From Lytechinus pictus (taxonomy: Eukaryota): a DNA stretch of 64,000 nt. The translations under genes and the position numbers were made by a program. The stretch lies in assembly GCF_037042905.1 (NCBI RefSeq), contig NC_087251.1, positions 34,164,001 through 34,228,000 of the forward strand. Direction: 5' to 3'. Below are positions 26,672 through 39,295 of this stretch, piece after piece. How positions within the stretch are numbered: position 1 is the first letter of the stretch; each line of letters opens with the position of its first letter. Below the pieces are notes generated by a model, which worked only from the letters and a program-made list of their open reading frames with translations, was not told the DNA's origin and searched no databases.

Positions 26672-27289
26672 GGGGCGTTTCACAAAGCACCATTCTTAAA
26701 CTTTACATGCACATGATACTAAACACATACCGGTACATGTAATCTGATTTATTGACCAATGCGGTGCGATGATCTTTAAGTGCGACTTTACCTTCTCTAA
26801 AAGACTCTAGCTAGTCCCTAGACCAAAAGCTTCGGTCTCTGTTATGTTGGTTGTTCAGCTGAACTCCGTTGGCTTCACTCACCAAATACAGAGACCGAAG
26901 TTCTAGCGCGATCTGTACAGGGGACTCAATGGCCATATGTTTATGTACTTAAGATCGGATAAAACGGGGAAGTGAATTTGCGCGACAGCCGAGGTAAGTC
27001 ACTGTTTTTGTTCCTTTTAACTCGATTTTTCTCCGTTTCTTGGCAATTAATGCCAAGAGGGAATATCAATTTGCATTTTGGTCGCATTAATTTTCAAAAT
27101 TTTTATTGATTAAAGACAAAAATTGAAGAGCCCCGACGGGGGGATTTTGCATTGCAAGTCCCCTAATGGTGGCTGCACGCTAGCGAGCCGTCTGTGTATG
27201 AGGAGAACTTAAAAAAAAAATGTTAAAAAACTCCTCAAAACAGACGGCTGCCAGCTGTCTAGCTAGTCCCAATCTTTGTGAAACATCCC
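26672..27289. mobile_element. PIF/Harbinger-like MITE hosting Academ copy 1
   Basis: GGGGCGTTTCACAAAG...CTTTGTGAAACATCCC; CAG-like flanks. Confidence 0.65.
26819..27261 (+). mobile_element. AcademH-like non-autonomous DNA transposon, copy 1
   Basis: TAGAC...GTCTA termini; perfect 9-bp TSD GCTAGTCCC; subterminal hairpins CTTCGGTCTCTG/CAGAGACCGAAG and AGCCGTCTG/CAGACGGCT. Confidence 0.8.
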
Positions 27290-27608
27290 ACAGACCTTGA
27301 TTGTGTGCAGTTATTTCTTTATCATTATGTCATGATATGACAAAGACACGACATGCAACAGAACAAGGGCGAAAACAGTCAGGAATCTATTCTTGGGAGT
27401 TGGAATTGGGTTTGAAATTGGAGTCAGTGATTTCTGTCACTCATCTGTCATCATCATCAATCATGAACTGATGATGTGTGAAGACGTGAAGATGATTTAA
27501 ATTTTACTCTCTTTCCAAAGCCAAAGGCAAAGCTCCTGGCTGGAACCAACCAGGGAAATGGGGAATATATATTCACCCTACATACTAAGTAGTCTAGACA
27601 TTACTTAC

Positions 27609-27782
27609 TCTTTGTCTAACCATTGAGGTAACAATTTCTTTTATGAGTGGGATGGAAGGGTCACCTCCCTCTGGGGGAATCTGAAAATTTTCTCGCACAA
27701 ATCCTATCTGCACGGCAAACGACACTCCATGAACCAGCCCCGGTCGGGTCGTCGGCGGCAGCGGCGGTAGCTCTTCCCCCAT
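27609..27782 (-). CDS. PRKD: Protein kinase D, coding exon 1 (N-terminus, first half of ubiquitin-like domain)
   Basis: ATG at 27782, MGEELPPL...GVSFAVQIGFVRE...IKEIVTSMVRQR, then AGA|GTAAGT donor; 174 nt, phase 0; resembles the PKD N-terminal ULD. Confidence 0.9.
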
Positions 27783-27899
27783 GTTTCTCTGGTTTTTACA
27801 GTATTATGCAGATGTTCTAAGGTAAACTTAGTTTATTCCAACAAATATCCTGCCTACTGGCACTCCATTTCCACGATCTGGGTGCGGTAAAATGCAGAA

Positions 27900-28020
27900 A
27901 CAAGCACAGCAGACAAGCAAACATCCTAGCGCTTGAGCTGAAGTTCCGTCATTTCGCTGAAAATAAACATGGCGCAGGTCACGTGACGTGAGCTAGGACG
28001 GCAATCTAGGGAAACGGGTC
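27900..28020 (-). promoter_or_regulatory. Putative PRKD core promoter with YY1-like site and palindromic E-box GTCACGTGAC
   Basis: CpG-enriched; AACATGGCG at 27966-27974 and GGTCACGTGAC at 27977-27987, ~190 nt upstream of the ATG. Confidence 0.6.
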
Positions 28021-28917
28021 AAGGAGTGTTTGAAATATTGTTTTATTAATAAATAAAAAATAAAGTAAAAACACATTCGTGGGGTGGAGGTGTCACAAAA
28101 CAGTGTAACCTTTGAAACAGTTTGAAGATTTGGAAATCAGAGCTTATTTAAGATTCGCAGCAAATCTTCACCCGGTGATTTCATTAATAAAAACTCAGGT
28201 AAAAACTTAGCCAAAAACGGTTTAGAAAAAAGTATGCGGGCCTACTGATACAAATACCGGGTATTTATAAATACATGAAATTGACTTGGTGAATTATATG
28301 TCATAATGTATGCCTAATGTAATATTATTTATCATATTGCATACATTACTCAGCATTATATTCCATACACTTTAATTGAAACATTAGTACACGATGATCT
28401 TATGGTTTGACTGAGGCTTTTAATCATAATGCCTATATGGGTATGTGCCTTATGAGAAGATTTACCTTTTATTATTTTTTTTTTCAAAATACAATAAGAA
28501 CTATTTAAAACAGCTCTTGTAAACATTTGAAATTTGTATTATTTCAACATTAAGTTTCAGAACTTTTAATTTAGCAAACATAATCACATTATGTCTTTTG
28601 TTGTTGTAAGCTCCGATTTTCTTAAATTGTTCGAGCCGGGCATCATCGGAATTCTTAGCAAATACAGAAAACGATATTTCTATGGGTTCTAAAGGTTTGG
28701 CAAAAAACAAACAAAACCAGAGTGCTCAAGTTATGACATCACAGTGTTACGTTTCAATATGTGAGGATTATTTCTTATTTCAAATTCATATATAAAATCA
28801 TGGACCTACTAGAAACGTGTATATCAAATAAAAAGCCTATATTATGTACATAATTGGTTATAGGCCTATATCAGCTTGGTGTTGATGTGGCCGAAAGTTG
28901 CTGAGTTCCTATATACA

Positions 28918-29116
28918 CACTGCAAAAACTCCGGTGTTGATTTAACACCAGCCCGGAATCTATATATGTCCACACCAGAGAAGTTTTGGTCTATAACACT
29001 TTATACAACACCAATTAGTATTAAAACAGCATCGGTTTGATTCCAAACTGGTGTTGTTTCAATACTTCTCTGGTGTGGACATCCGGGATTAAATCAACAC
29101 CGGAGTTTTTGCAGTG
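28918..29116. mobile_element. 199-bp palindromic CACTA/EnSpm MITE
   Basis: CACTGCAAAAACTCCGGTGTTGATTTAA perfect TIR; 2-bp TSD CA. Confidence 0.92.
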
Positions 29117-29499
29117 CAGAAACTGAAACCGGAAATTCATACTTATACCTGATAGGGTGTCATTGAAAAAGTGTCATAACTACCTGGGACACGTGCCCCC
29201 CCCCCCCCCCAGGGAATATGCCTTATGACTGACCAAAAAATACAGAAATAAAGAAAATACTATCATCGGGGGAAATGGAATGGAAGAGAGAGAAGGAAAG
29301 AGAAGCTTTGAGGGGAAAAACAGGGGTGGATTAATTCAGCTTTCGCCAACGGGGGGGGGGGGGGTACTTTCATACATAATTATTATTCCCGATTGTTTTT
29401 TTTTTTTTGGGGGGGGTATTTTAAACACTTAAAGGGTTTATTAACATCGTAGCTTTATTCTTACAAACATGCTAAGGAAGATCTTTTTCATAAGGCCAA

Positions 29500-31050
29500 A
29501 TATAATAATGCGAGTGCGTAGCGCGAGTTATTATGCATTTAAACCTGAAAATTAAACATTCTCAGCAGTTTTTGTAAGCATGAGTATCTATAAACAATAT
29601 TGATGCGAGCGCGAAGCGTGAGCCGAAAAGTCTTAAAATTCCGACCAAAAAAAAATTGACATTCGAATTAAGCACTTTTGGTAATCATGAACAGGATGGT
29701 ATATCTAAAACTTAACATCTCTTGCGAGTGCGAAGTGCGAGCTGAAAATTTATGAAATTCCGACCGAAAACTGGACATTTTAAGCATTTTTTGATATTAT
29801 GAACATGATGGGTATCAAGATCTATCTAAACATGTTAATTGATGCGAGCTGAACAAAAAATTATATTCTGATTAAAATTTGGATATTGTAAGCACTTTTG
29901 ATCATCATGAACAGAGTGGGCATCTAAATTAACATTATTTTGTCAATTTGATGCGAGCACGAAAAGCTAGCTGAAAGTTTTAATATTTTGACCTGAAATT
30001 TGGCCATTGTTAGCACACTGTAAAAAAAATCTTTGAATCAGTAGTTAACACTTAATGTATTTAAGTAGAATTTACAATTTGTAATTATTTTTCGTTGTTT
30101 TTAAGTAGTTTCAACTTGTCTTTTAATTTACTTGATTTACTTGATTTATTTGGGTTCAATATACATTTAAGAAAATTCACGTATTGATAGCTTGCTTTGA
30201 TTGAGTAAATCTAACTCAATTAGGCAAAGATGATTGTTACTTATAAAATCATGTTGAATGTACTTATATTTTTCAATTAACGCCATATTTAAATAATTCA
30301 TGAATATTCATTAGAGCAAGTAAATGTTTTTTTTTTTTAAATAACTGTCATATCTATTTGTGTTTGAAATTGTTTTGGATAAGGGTGTGCTAACTATTGT
30401 ATTCTTTTGTTGAATCAATGAAAAGGCAATATTAAATAGTCATTTAGCAGAAAATTATTCTCACTGTTTTATTTGTAAGAATGAAACGATCGCGTATAAA
30501 TATAAATGTCAGTACCTATACATGTACAGGTAAGTGACAATTCACAAAGTCTAATATTTGGATAAAACATGTCTAAAATGAAAATGATGCCACCAAAAGT
30601 GGGACGATGGGGGAGCGGACTTTCGAATCACGAAAGTCCACTCCCCCATTTGATATTTTCAAATATTTTGTTGATTGTTTTACTTAATTGAATTAAGTTA
30701 TTGTAACTTAATTTTCTTGAGTAAAATGGAAGCAAAGAAAATAAGTAAATTTTACTCAAAACTGCCAAAGTCATAAATACTTGAAAAAATTAAGGCAATT
30801 TTTTGCCACAATTTTATTAAGTAATTTCTACTAATTTTTTTTTACAGTGCACTGTTTGTAATCATGAACAATGCGTATCTAACCAAACAACTGATTCGAT
30901 ATTGCTAGTATACAAAGTGTGGGCTGAAACTATTTGATATACTGACATAGAAAGGGAATTTTCTATGGACTGTTTGGATAGGCTATACCTGTCCCATGCA
31001 CTCATCATATTGATGCGAGCGCGTAGCGCGAGTCGAAGATTTTTTACATA
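29500..31050 (+). repeat. Diverged ~110-130-nt tandem array with GCGAGCGCGAAGCGCGAGC core; inverted relatives at ~32860-33190
   Basis: Core recurs at ~29510, 29605, 29724, 29953 and 31015. Confidence 0.8.
30016..30849. mobile_element. 834-bp CACTA/EnSpm non-autonomous element inserted into a tandem array
   Basis: CACTGTAAAAAAAA...TTTTTTTTACAGTG; TSD CA; the joined flanks rebuild the array unit (tagcactgtttgtaatcatgaac). Confidence 0.9.
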
Positions 31051-31096
31051 GAGCATTTTTTTTAACCAACAGAATATATCTCTCGCTAAAACACAA

Positions 31097-32221
31097 CAGG
31101 GGCGGCGGAGCGAATTTGAAAGTGGGGGGAGGGGCACAGGGGAAAAGGGCACCTTTTCTTTCGAAAATGGCACTTAAAACAAGGAATAAAAGACTTATCT
31201 ACCCCCACTCACATGACTCATGAAACTTAAGGCACGTATAGGATTATTCATTAAAAAATTAGAATATTGTTTTCTTAGAACATGCAGACTGAACATTTTA
31301 AAAAAAGAAAGGGGGCATTTGTCAAAAGTAAATAAGGGAATATTAAAATAGGGCATTTAATTAGATGTTAAAATTATTGATGAATTTCTGAAATAAAAAA
31401 GAAGTAGCGAAAGGGGCAAATCATATTTTGAAAGGGATAGTGCAATTAAAGGATGCACTTGCAGAAGGAAGCAGAACGCTAAATAAAGAAACCGGGCGCT
31501 CATCGGGCAACAACAGTGAACAGCTACGCAGAAGGCAAAGGAGCACTTGCTAACGGCATAAAACGGGTCCTTCTCAGGTATGAAAGGGACACAGAACACG
31601 TTCGTGAGGAGCACTGTTCTTCTGTAAAAAGGGGCACTGATTCGAGAAATAGCACTTACAAGAGGGCAAGGGGCACTTGCTCACACATAAAACAGGTCCT
31701 TCTCAGATGAAAGGGGCACAGAACACGTTCGTAAGGGGCACTTTACTTGGGGAAAAAGGGGCACTGGCACGAGAAACCGCACCTATAAGAAGGCAAAGGG
31801 GTAGTTTTCTAAGGTAAATAAGGCACTGATTCGAGAAAGGGCACTTACTAGAATGTAAGGGGGCACTTGCTCACGCATAAGACGAGTCCTTCTCAGATGA
31901 AAAGGGCATTCACGTTCGCGAGGGGCATTTTTGGTTTAAAAAATGGCCCTGATACGAGAATGGCACTTTCTAACACATAAAACCGGTCCTTGTCAGGTGA
32001 AAGGGGTGCAGAACACGTTCGAGGGCGTTCTAGAGGGGCATTTTTTGGGGGTAAAATTGGCACTTATACGAGAAAGGGCACTTGGTAACACCCAAAACGG
32101 GTCATCCTCAGGGGAAAGTACACGTTCGTGAGGGGGGAGTCTTGTGTAAAAGTGCTTCAAAAAGTGGAGGGGGCACTGTCCCCCCCCCCCCAGGATCTCT
32201 GCCCCGCATGCTCCGCCCCTG
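31097..32221. mobile_element. hAT-like non-autonomous element with internal AAGGGGCAC-rich tandem repeats
   Basis: CAGGGGCGG...CCGCCCCTG ends; repeated ggtccttctcag.tgaaagggg units; no clear TSD. Confidence 0.55.
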
Positions 32222-33249
32222 ATAGCAAAATATAGTAATGAAAACTCGAATACAGGTCAGAAGAATTTTGCATAATTCAAAATGGTATATTTTAAGCTCC
32301 ATCTTGAGAAGATTATTATCTCCCTCTTCCCCCCTTTTTTGCGCCTCCAATAGGGGAGGGTGGGGTTGGGTTGACCGCGGCCTCTTGGACCTCCACCTCG
32401 ACACGCCTTTGGAAAAAAAGAGGGAAATATAGATAAATGTATTTTTCACAATTTGATGAAATGCATTTGGCCTATGTGATCACTCCGCCCTGTGGTCATG
32501 CCCTCCTTAACAGTAATAACAGTCCCGAATATTATTTTGAGCGACGTCACCCCCCCCCCCCACCCCCTCCAATCTTGGCCACGCCGATCGCGCTATCGCA
32601 AAGAAAATAATTTACAGCGATAGAGAGTTACATACACTGCGCGATTGCATTGCTAAATATTACTAAATTTATACATTTTATTTCACATGAATAAGTTATG
32701 CTAATTTTATTAACGAAATCATACTTTTTGCTCCAATTCACTATAAATGTAGCTTCGCGCCGGCCGACTCAGTTTTGGTGAAAATACGGCCGAGAAACAT
32801 TCCTTGAAATCTTTCTTTTAAATGTCATTATATCAAGCATTTCATGGCGTGATCGCATTATTTTAAGTCAGATTATGTTCATGATTATAAAAAGTGCGTA
32901 AAATGTCCAGTTCTAAAGGTTTTATCTCTAAAAATTTCCAATCGCTCTTTACGTTCACATAATTTACTGACTTACGCATCATCTTCATAACTTTTTTTCC
33001 CAACATGTCAAAAAGTGTGTAAAACGTTTATTGTCAGGTTAGTTTAGGTCCATAAAAAGATCCGGCTAGCGCTTCGCGCTCGCAACATCTATTTAGCGAG
33101 ATACGAATAGTGTTTGTGATTAAAACTTTAGTTTTTAGGTCTGTGCATTTACAATTTTCAGCCAGCACTTCAGCGCTCGGATTATTTCCCAATTAAAAAT
33201 TGTGAGTGAAGACAAGACTAAAAAGTCTTTCACAAAGGTAATTTTTTTA

Positions 33250-33680
33250 TGGTCAGTGTGCCAGACAGGGGAAGCCTATTCAAGAATGAGCCTAACTATG
33301 CACGTTGTGTATATACAGTCACCATATCAGCCACACTTGCCTTCGATTTCCTGAGGATACAGAGAGTGTATACAATCTACGCGATGCTTTGGAAACAATT
33401 CCTTCAATAGGTTCCATTTCAGAATGTTTTGAAGTGTAACTCCTAGAAGTTTGATATTTTCGACAACATTGAGTGGGGTTGAGTTAAGGTGAAAATAAAA
33501 AAGAAGTACATAGTTTTTGAGGAAGGATATGGGCATAAGGTTACATTAATTTTAGATGGTTTGGGGAGGACATCATTATCAGTACACCATTTTGAAAGAA
33601 AATCAAGTGACGATTGTAATAAGGGGTTTTCGTTACATTTGACTATTTATCCCAGTGTCAAAGCGTCAACATCATTACTT
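33250..33680 (-). mobile_element. Degenerate CR1/L2-group reverse transcriptase fragment
   Basis: LSKWCTDN...PSKC / VENIKLLGVTLQNILKWN / IVSKASRRLY / ILE*ASPVWH with frameshifts. Confidence 0.8.
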
Positions 33681-33895
33681 CCATCGGGGAATCCCACTCG
33701 CATATATACAGCATCATTTATTTTACAAGCATTAGAAATAAAACTGGACCTAACTTGGTATCCTGCGTTACCCCATAGGATACCTCTACCAGAGGGGAGT
33801 AACACTAATTATAAACTTTAGTAGACTGAGTTCGATTAGTCAGGAAACTGCATGCAAATAATTGGAATGATCGACCTATGAACACCCAAAAAAAT

Positions 33896-33935
33896 GAATG
33901 AATGAATGAATGAATGAATCAATCAATGAATCAAT

Positions 33936-33970
<35 letters not shown>

Positions 33971-33975
33971 TCATT
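33896..33975. repeat. (GAAT)n/(CAAT)n compound microsatellite
   Basis: Direct reading. Confidence 0.95.
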
Positions 33976-34016
33976 CAATCGTCACTTAGTCAAGTCATTC
34001 GTGTGAGAGGGTCTGT

Positions 34017-34047
<31 letters not shown>

Positions 34048-34059
34048 CAGCGGATTTAA

Positions 34060-34629
34060 AGGGGAATCCAACCTTGGTCATTAATGTTGTGTTGGAAAGG
34101 AGAAAAATAAATAAACAGATTGTTGAAAGTTTGATAGAAATCGGACAAGCAATAAGAAAGTTATGGCTGCTTTAAAATTGAGATCCTTATGTAGATTTCA
34201 AATTGGCAACTGGGTAAGTAAATTATGGCAAGGGGCAAGGACGACTTTCCCATAGGCCATGTAATTAATTACCAGGTACCCATTCCCAAGGGGTGCGGTA
34301 ATCTAATTACAACCAAGGTAGTATATTGTTTTATGTCCTCATGAAAGAAAAATACATTTTGAAGTAAAAGTTTTGACAAAAAGTTATATTTCAGCCATTT
34401 TATGCATTGGAGTACATGGAAAATTAGTCCTTGCCTTACATCATTATGACATCACACATGCGGCCCATTTGAATTCTCCATGGATTAAGTGATTACCAAT
34501 ATTTACAACTTTTAAAGTTCATAACTTTCTTATTGTTTGTCCGATACTATTCAAACTTTCACCTATCAAATTGTCTGATATTTCTATTTCCTCTATATAA
34601 ACATTTTTTTTGGGGGGTTGGATTCCCCT
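34060..34629. mobile_element. Kolobok-type MITE, family C (AGGGGAATCCAACC ends); degraded relative at ~44860-45871
   Basis: TTAA|AGGGGAATCCAACC...GGTTGGATTCCCCT|ATAA. Confidence 0.82.
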
Positions 34630-34779
34630 ATAAAATCAACCGTATCCCTTTCGCTATAAAACTATTCGTAAGTTCTTCTAAAAAGAATGAAAAGATGTAA
34701 AATAATATGTTTAACAGCCCCCCCCCCCTTTTTTTTTTAAGAGAGAGAGGGGGAGAGAGAGGAAATTTGATAATGGTGA

Positions 34780-34960
34780 AAATACGACTGATTGCCAATC
34801 AATCGTGCATGGTCCCGCAACCGGTAGTGGTCGAGCGCCAGCTTTTGACATAAGTTGTACATCCCCATGACAACGTTTGCCCGATCGGAAGCCAATTTCC
34901 AGTTAAATTCTGTTGTTTTTTATTGAAGGCAACTTCTTTATTGTCATAGCCAGCTTTACA
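34780..34960 (+). promoter_or_regulatory. Putative PPP1R36 promoter with CCAAT and RFX X-box-like site
   Basis: CpG-rich patch; CCAAT ~34795; TCCCCATGACAAC ~34862-34874 resembles an RFX X-box; ~90 nt before the ATG. Confidence 0.45.
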
Positions 34961-34990
34961 ATGGCCAAGACCATATCTGTTTCAGAGGAT
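34961..34990 (+). CDS. PPP1R36: PPP1R36 homologue, probable coding exon 1 (MAKTISVSED)
   Basis: acaATGG Kozak context, 30 nt, GAT|GTAAGT donor; phase 0 fits exon 2; no homology support for this short peptide itself. Confidence 0.65.
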
Positions 34991-35349
34991 GTAAGTATAG
35001 TACTCAGTTTTCTTTCATTCCTGCTGCAAGTAACCAAGGCTTAGTTATGAACTTGCAAAAAATTGTCGCAGCTGAATCTGAGCCGTACGGTACGGTAATG
35101 CCGTGGACGCTTGCTCCCGGTGCTCCGGCTTGGATAGCGGGTAGGCGGTATGGCACCGTATGCTGCAAGCCGCAGCTACACTGCAGCTTCAGCTTGTTCA
35201 TCCATTCAGCTGAATCTCAGACTCAAGTTCGGTGTTGGTGTTGAGAGCATGGAATGGCAGTTAACCCTGCTACAGTAGGGAGATTTTTTAATTTAATGAG
35301 ATTTGGTGCATACTAGACAGCTGGCAGCCGTCTGTTCCCAGGTCAAAAA

Positions 35350-35985
35350 ACCAGTTAAGGACCAGTTCATCCAACTGGTACTGGTACCAGTTGATTCCAG
35401 TTAGCGAACTGGATTCAATATGGAAATTGGAATACTGGAATCAACTGGAATCCAGTTGATTCCAATACTGGAATCAACTGGAATCCAGTTGACAAATTGT
35501 AACTGGTACCAGTTGGAAATACCAGTTGGCAACTGGTCCTAACTGGTACCAGTTAGCAACTGGTACCAGTTGACAACTGGTCCTAACTGGTACCAGTTAG
35601 GACCAGTTGGAAACATGAGTTGTCAACTGGTGCCAGTTAAAACCAGTTGGAAACACCAATTGTAAACTGGTGCCAGTTAGGACCAGTTGGAAACATGAGT
35701 TGTCAACTGGTGCCAGTTAAAACCAGTTGGAAACACAAATTGTCAACTGGTGCCAGTTAGGACCATTTTGAAACATGAGGTGTCAACTGGTGCCAGTTAA
35801 AACCAGTTGGAAACACCAATTGTCAACTGGTGCCAGTTAGGACCAGTTGGAAACATGAGTTGTCAACTGGTGCCAGTTAAAACCAGTTGGAAACACCAGT
35901 TCCCAACTGGTGCCAGTTAGAACAAGTTGGAAGCACCAGTTAGGACCAGTTGGAAACATAAATTGTCAAGTGGTACCAGTTAGAA
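35350..35985. repeat. Left subterminal array, 40-nt units alternating as an 80-nt dimer
   Basis: tgtcaactggtgccagtta(g/a)(g/a)accagttggaaaca... repeated; core palindrome AACTGGTACCAGTT. Confidence 0.92.
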
Positions 35986-37351
35986 ACACCCTGCAATGTA
36001 TAGCATAAACAAAAATGAATCATGTGGATATGTACATTCCCGATCTTTTACTCTTCTCGTATAATCACTCCTTCGTTTTCCTTGCGCACACACACATTAG
36101 AATATTGGTACCAACACCCCCCCTCCCCCCTCTCAGGCGGTTATTTCAATTATAAATTATCTTCAATTATCTTTACATTGAATGTCCACTCCTGTTATAA
36201 CAATGTGCAAGGACAAGTGAAATAATTATCCTTGCACATAGGACTGATGAAATGAATCAAGGTAAATTTGTAGCATTGTATTGAAACCTTGTTAATTTCC
36301 ACATGCACAATATAACAGGATTGGACTGTAAACTTGCTCTGGTAAATCAATCCCTCAGTCTCTTGAAATCTGTACCAAAAAACATCAGAGAATGACAAAA
36401 GTCACAAAAAACATCTATATGGTATTTAAACTAGGAATTTAATGAAAGAAAATTATGTTACAAACTGTAACATGCTGTGTATAATTCTTGTATTATGTGT
36501 CAACAAAGATCATTAACTTACACAGTAAATATGTAGTCAATCCAATTTTTACATGCTAGCTTGGAGACAAAATTTGAATATAATGCATCTAAGCATTTAC
36601 CTTCAATAAATAATATGTACTATTTTTAAAGGAATGATAAAGGAGTCTTTTTTTAATTATTATTTATTGAGATCTTGGGGCCCTCACTGGCTCTGAAGAG
36701 GAAACGTGAAACAGGTACCTTCCTTTCCTGTAGTGGCACTTGATCTTTGCTGGTAGATGCGATATATCTGAAGATTAGAAGAAAAAAACAAATGGAATGA
36801 AAAATAATAAGTACAGTGAATACCGTAATACAAAATTTCAGTGGTGTAAAATTATATCTGCACATAAAGAAAAATACATGGGATAGTGAAACTTCTCTAA
36901 GTTCCATATTTCAATGATTCAATTATAAATGATAGACAGCACATCATCATTTTTATTACAACATGTATAGTAAGTTCACATGGTCTTGGGAATACTTCTG
37001 AAATTGACATTGCAGAGATGAAATTGCCTCGACCTTATACCTATACATTTATTTTAATAATAAAGACTTAGACTAAGTATGTTTGCATATATGTATCTAG
37101 GAGTCTATGTTGCACATTATCTGCTAACATCTGATGGGTATTTCATGATTGTCAGTGCCGACTATTTCAGTGAAATCATTGCTTTTGATTGGCTGAGAAG
37201 CACTGGCCTCTGACTGTTACTATGGTAACTGTCGGAAAAAGACAACTTGTTAATGCTGACAACTTTCAAAAAGCAGTTCCCAGAACATGTTTAAAAACGC
37301 AAGACAAAGCAAAAAAAAAAAATGAAATACAAAATTTTATCCGAGGATTAA

Positions 37352-37938
37352 AGGGATGGTCCGGGCCGAAAATATTTACATCTAAATAATACTTGAGTAA
37401 AATTCACAGAGCAAAATGATGAAAATTTCATCAAAATAGGATAACAAGAAGTTATTGAATTTTAAAGTTTATCAATATTTTGTGAAAACAGTTGTATGCA
37501 CTTCGTCATGAATATTCATTAGGTGGGCTGATGTCACATCTCCACTTTCCTTTTTTTTATGTTACTAGATGAAATCATAAATGTTTGATTTTTTCATACA
37601 CGTGTAAATGATGCGTCTCCATTGTAATGAAATAAGTTGCGTCAATAACTAATGCACCTAATCAGTTGTCAATCCAATTGTCAATAGTTCTTGGTTAAAA
37701 ATATCTTAATAAACCTAATCTCATATAATAAAATACAAAAGGGCAATTGGGATATGACATCATCAGCCAACCTAATGAATATTCATAAAGACATGCCTAG
37801 AACTATTTCACCGGAATAATGCAAATCTTTAAAATTCAAAACCTTAATTAGTTATCAAATTTTGATCAAGTTTTCAGCATTTTGCTATGTGAATTTTACT
37901 CTATTTATTGAGATATGTTTCCAGCCTGGACCATCCCT
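37352..37938. mobile_element. Kolobok-type MITE family A nested in the CACTA-like element
   Basis: TTAA|AGGGATGGTCC...GGACCATCCCT|TTAA. Confidence 0.88.
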
Positions 37939-38237
37939 TTAATTCTACTTCTACGGTACCCCCACACATACTGGTAAGTCAGAGGTAAAAAACAACGAGA
38001 ACCAATTTAATTTCAAAGATAAAAAAATACTTCAGCCTCCAGATTTAAGAAAAAATTCAGGAAATGTTATTTTAGTTCAGACTAATTGCGCACGTTTCAT
38101 TTCGGAGGTCAATCTGAAATTATACTTCCAGTTTTAAATTCACGCCATTTGGTTATGCAAAAGCATGAATTAAAATTGATGGGCATGGGCCCATGTCACT
38201 GGCTAGCCTAGAGGACTCCATGAAGATAATTTTATCA

Positions 38238-39295
38238 TTTTTACATTGTATTTTCATCACGGAGCCTAGACAAGCCTCCTATAAGGTTGCTCGTACAACT
38301 GTGTAAACAAAGATAGATTTCCCTCGGAAATCCACCTTTCCCATAATGATTTTTGGGCAAACATTAAATTTTTACATTTTGTAAGCCTTGATACTCTAAA
38401 TGTGTACAAAGGCTTTAAAAAAAATTAATTGTAAAATGTACAAATTGGAAATTTTCTTACAAAAAGGATCACTTGCTTGCAGATCTAGTCCTCACTGCCT
38501 CTGAAGAGTTCACGTGCGACAGGTACATTCCTTTCCTCTACTGGCACACATTCTTTGCTGTTAGATGCGATGTATCTGAGGAATTTTTTTCAAAAACAAT
38601 GGAGAGAAAAATAATCAGTACAGTGAACAACAGCGAATAACAAATACGTATATATTACAGTGAATAGCAATACATGTCTACACCTTAGGCGGGCAAGGGT
38701 TACTACAGAGTGTTGTAAAATTCCATTTGCACTTTAAGAAAAATACATGGGATTGTGAATCAATTTTTACATTGTATTTTCATCACGGAGCCTAGACAAG
38801 CCTCCTATAAGGTTGCTCGTACAACTGTGTAAACAAAGATAGATTTGATTTTTCCTCGGAAATCCACCTTTCCCATAATGATTTTTGGGCAAACATTCAA
38901 TTTTTACATTTTGTAAGCCTTGATACTCTAAATGTGTACAAAGGCTTAAAAAAAAATTAATTGTGAAATGTACAAATTGGAAATTTTCTTACAAAAAGGA
39001 TCACTTGCTTGCAGATCTTGTTGTCCTCACTGCCTCTGAAGAGTTCACGTGCGACAGGTACATTCCTTCCCTGTACTGGCACACGTTCTTTGCTGGTACG
39101 GTAGATGCGATGTATCTGAAGAATTTTTTTTTAAACAATGGAGAGAAAAATAATCAGTACAGTGAACAGTGAATAAAAATACGTCTATATTACAGTGAAT
39201 AGCAATACATGTCTACACCTAAGGCGGGCAAGGGTTACTACAGAGTGTTGTAAAATTCCATTTGCACATTAAGAAAAATACATGGGATTGTGAAT
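38238..39295. repeat. Recent ~526-nt tandem duplication inside the CACTA-like element; third, diverged partial copy at ~36670-37020
   Basis: tttttacattgtattttcatcacggagcctagac starts at 38238 and 38764, with near-identical downstream sequence. Confidence 0.92.

Noticed and set aside
35004..35244. Overlapping 65-aa ORFs after PPP1R36 exon 1
   Set aside because: GC-rich start of intron 1; no splice or homology support
35350..35985. Regularly spaced palindromic repeats resembling a CRISPR array
   Set aside because: No unique spacers, no cas genes, eukaryotic context; explained as transposon subterminal repeats
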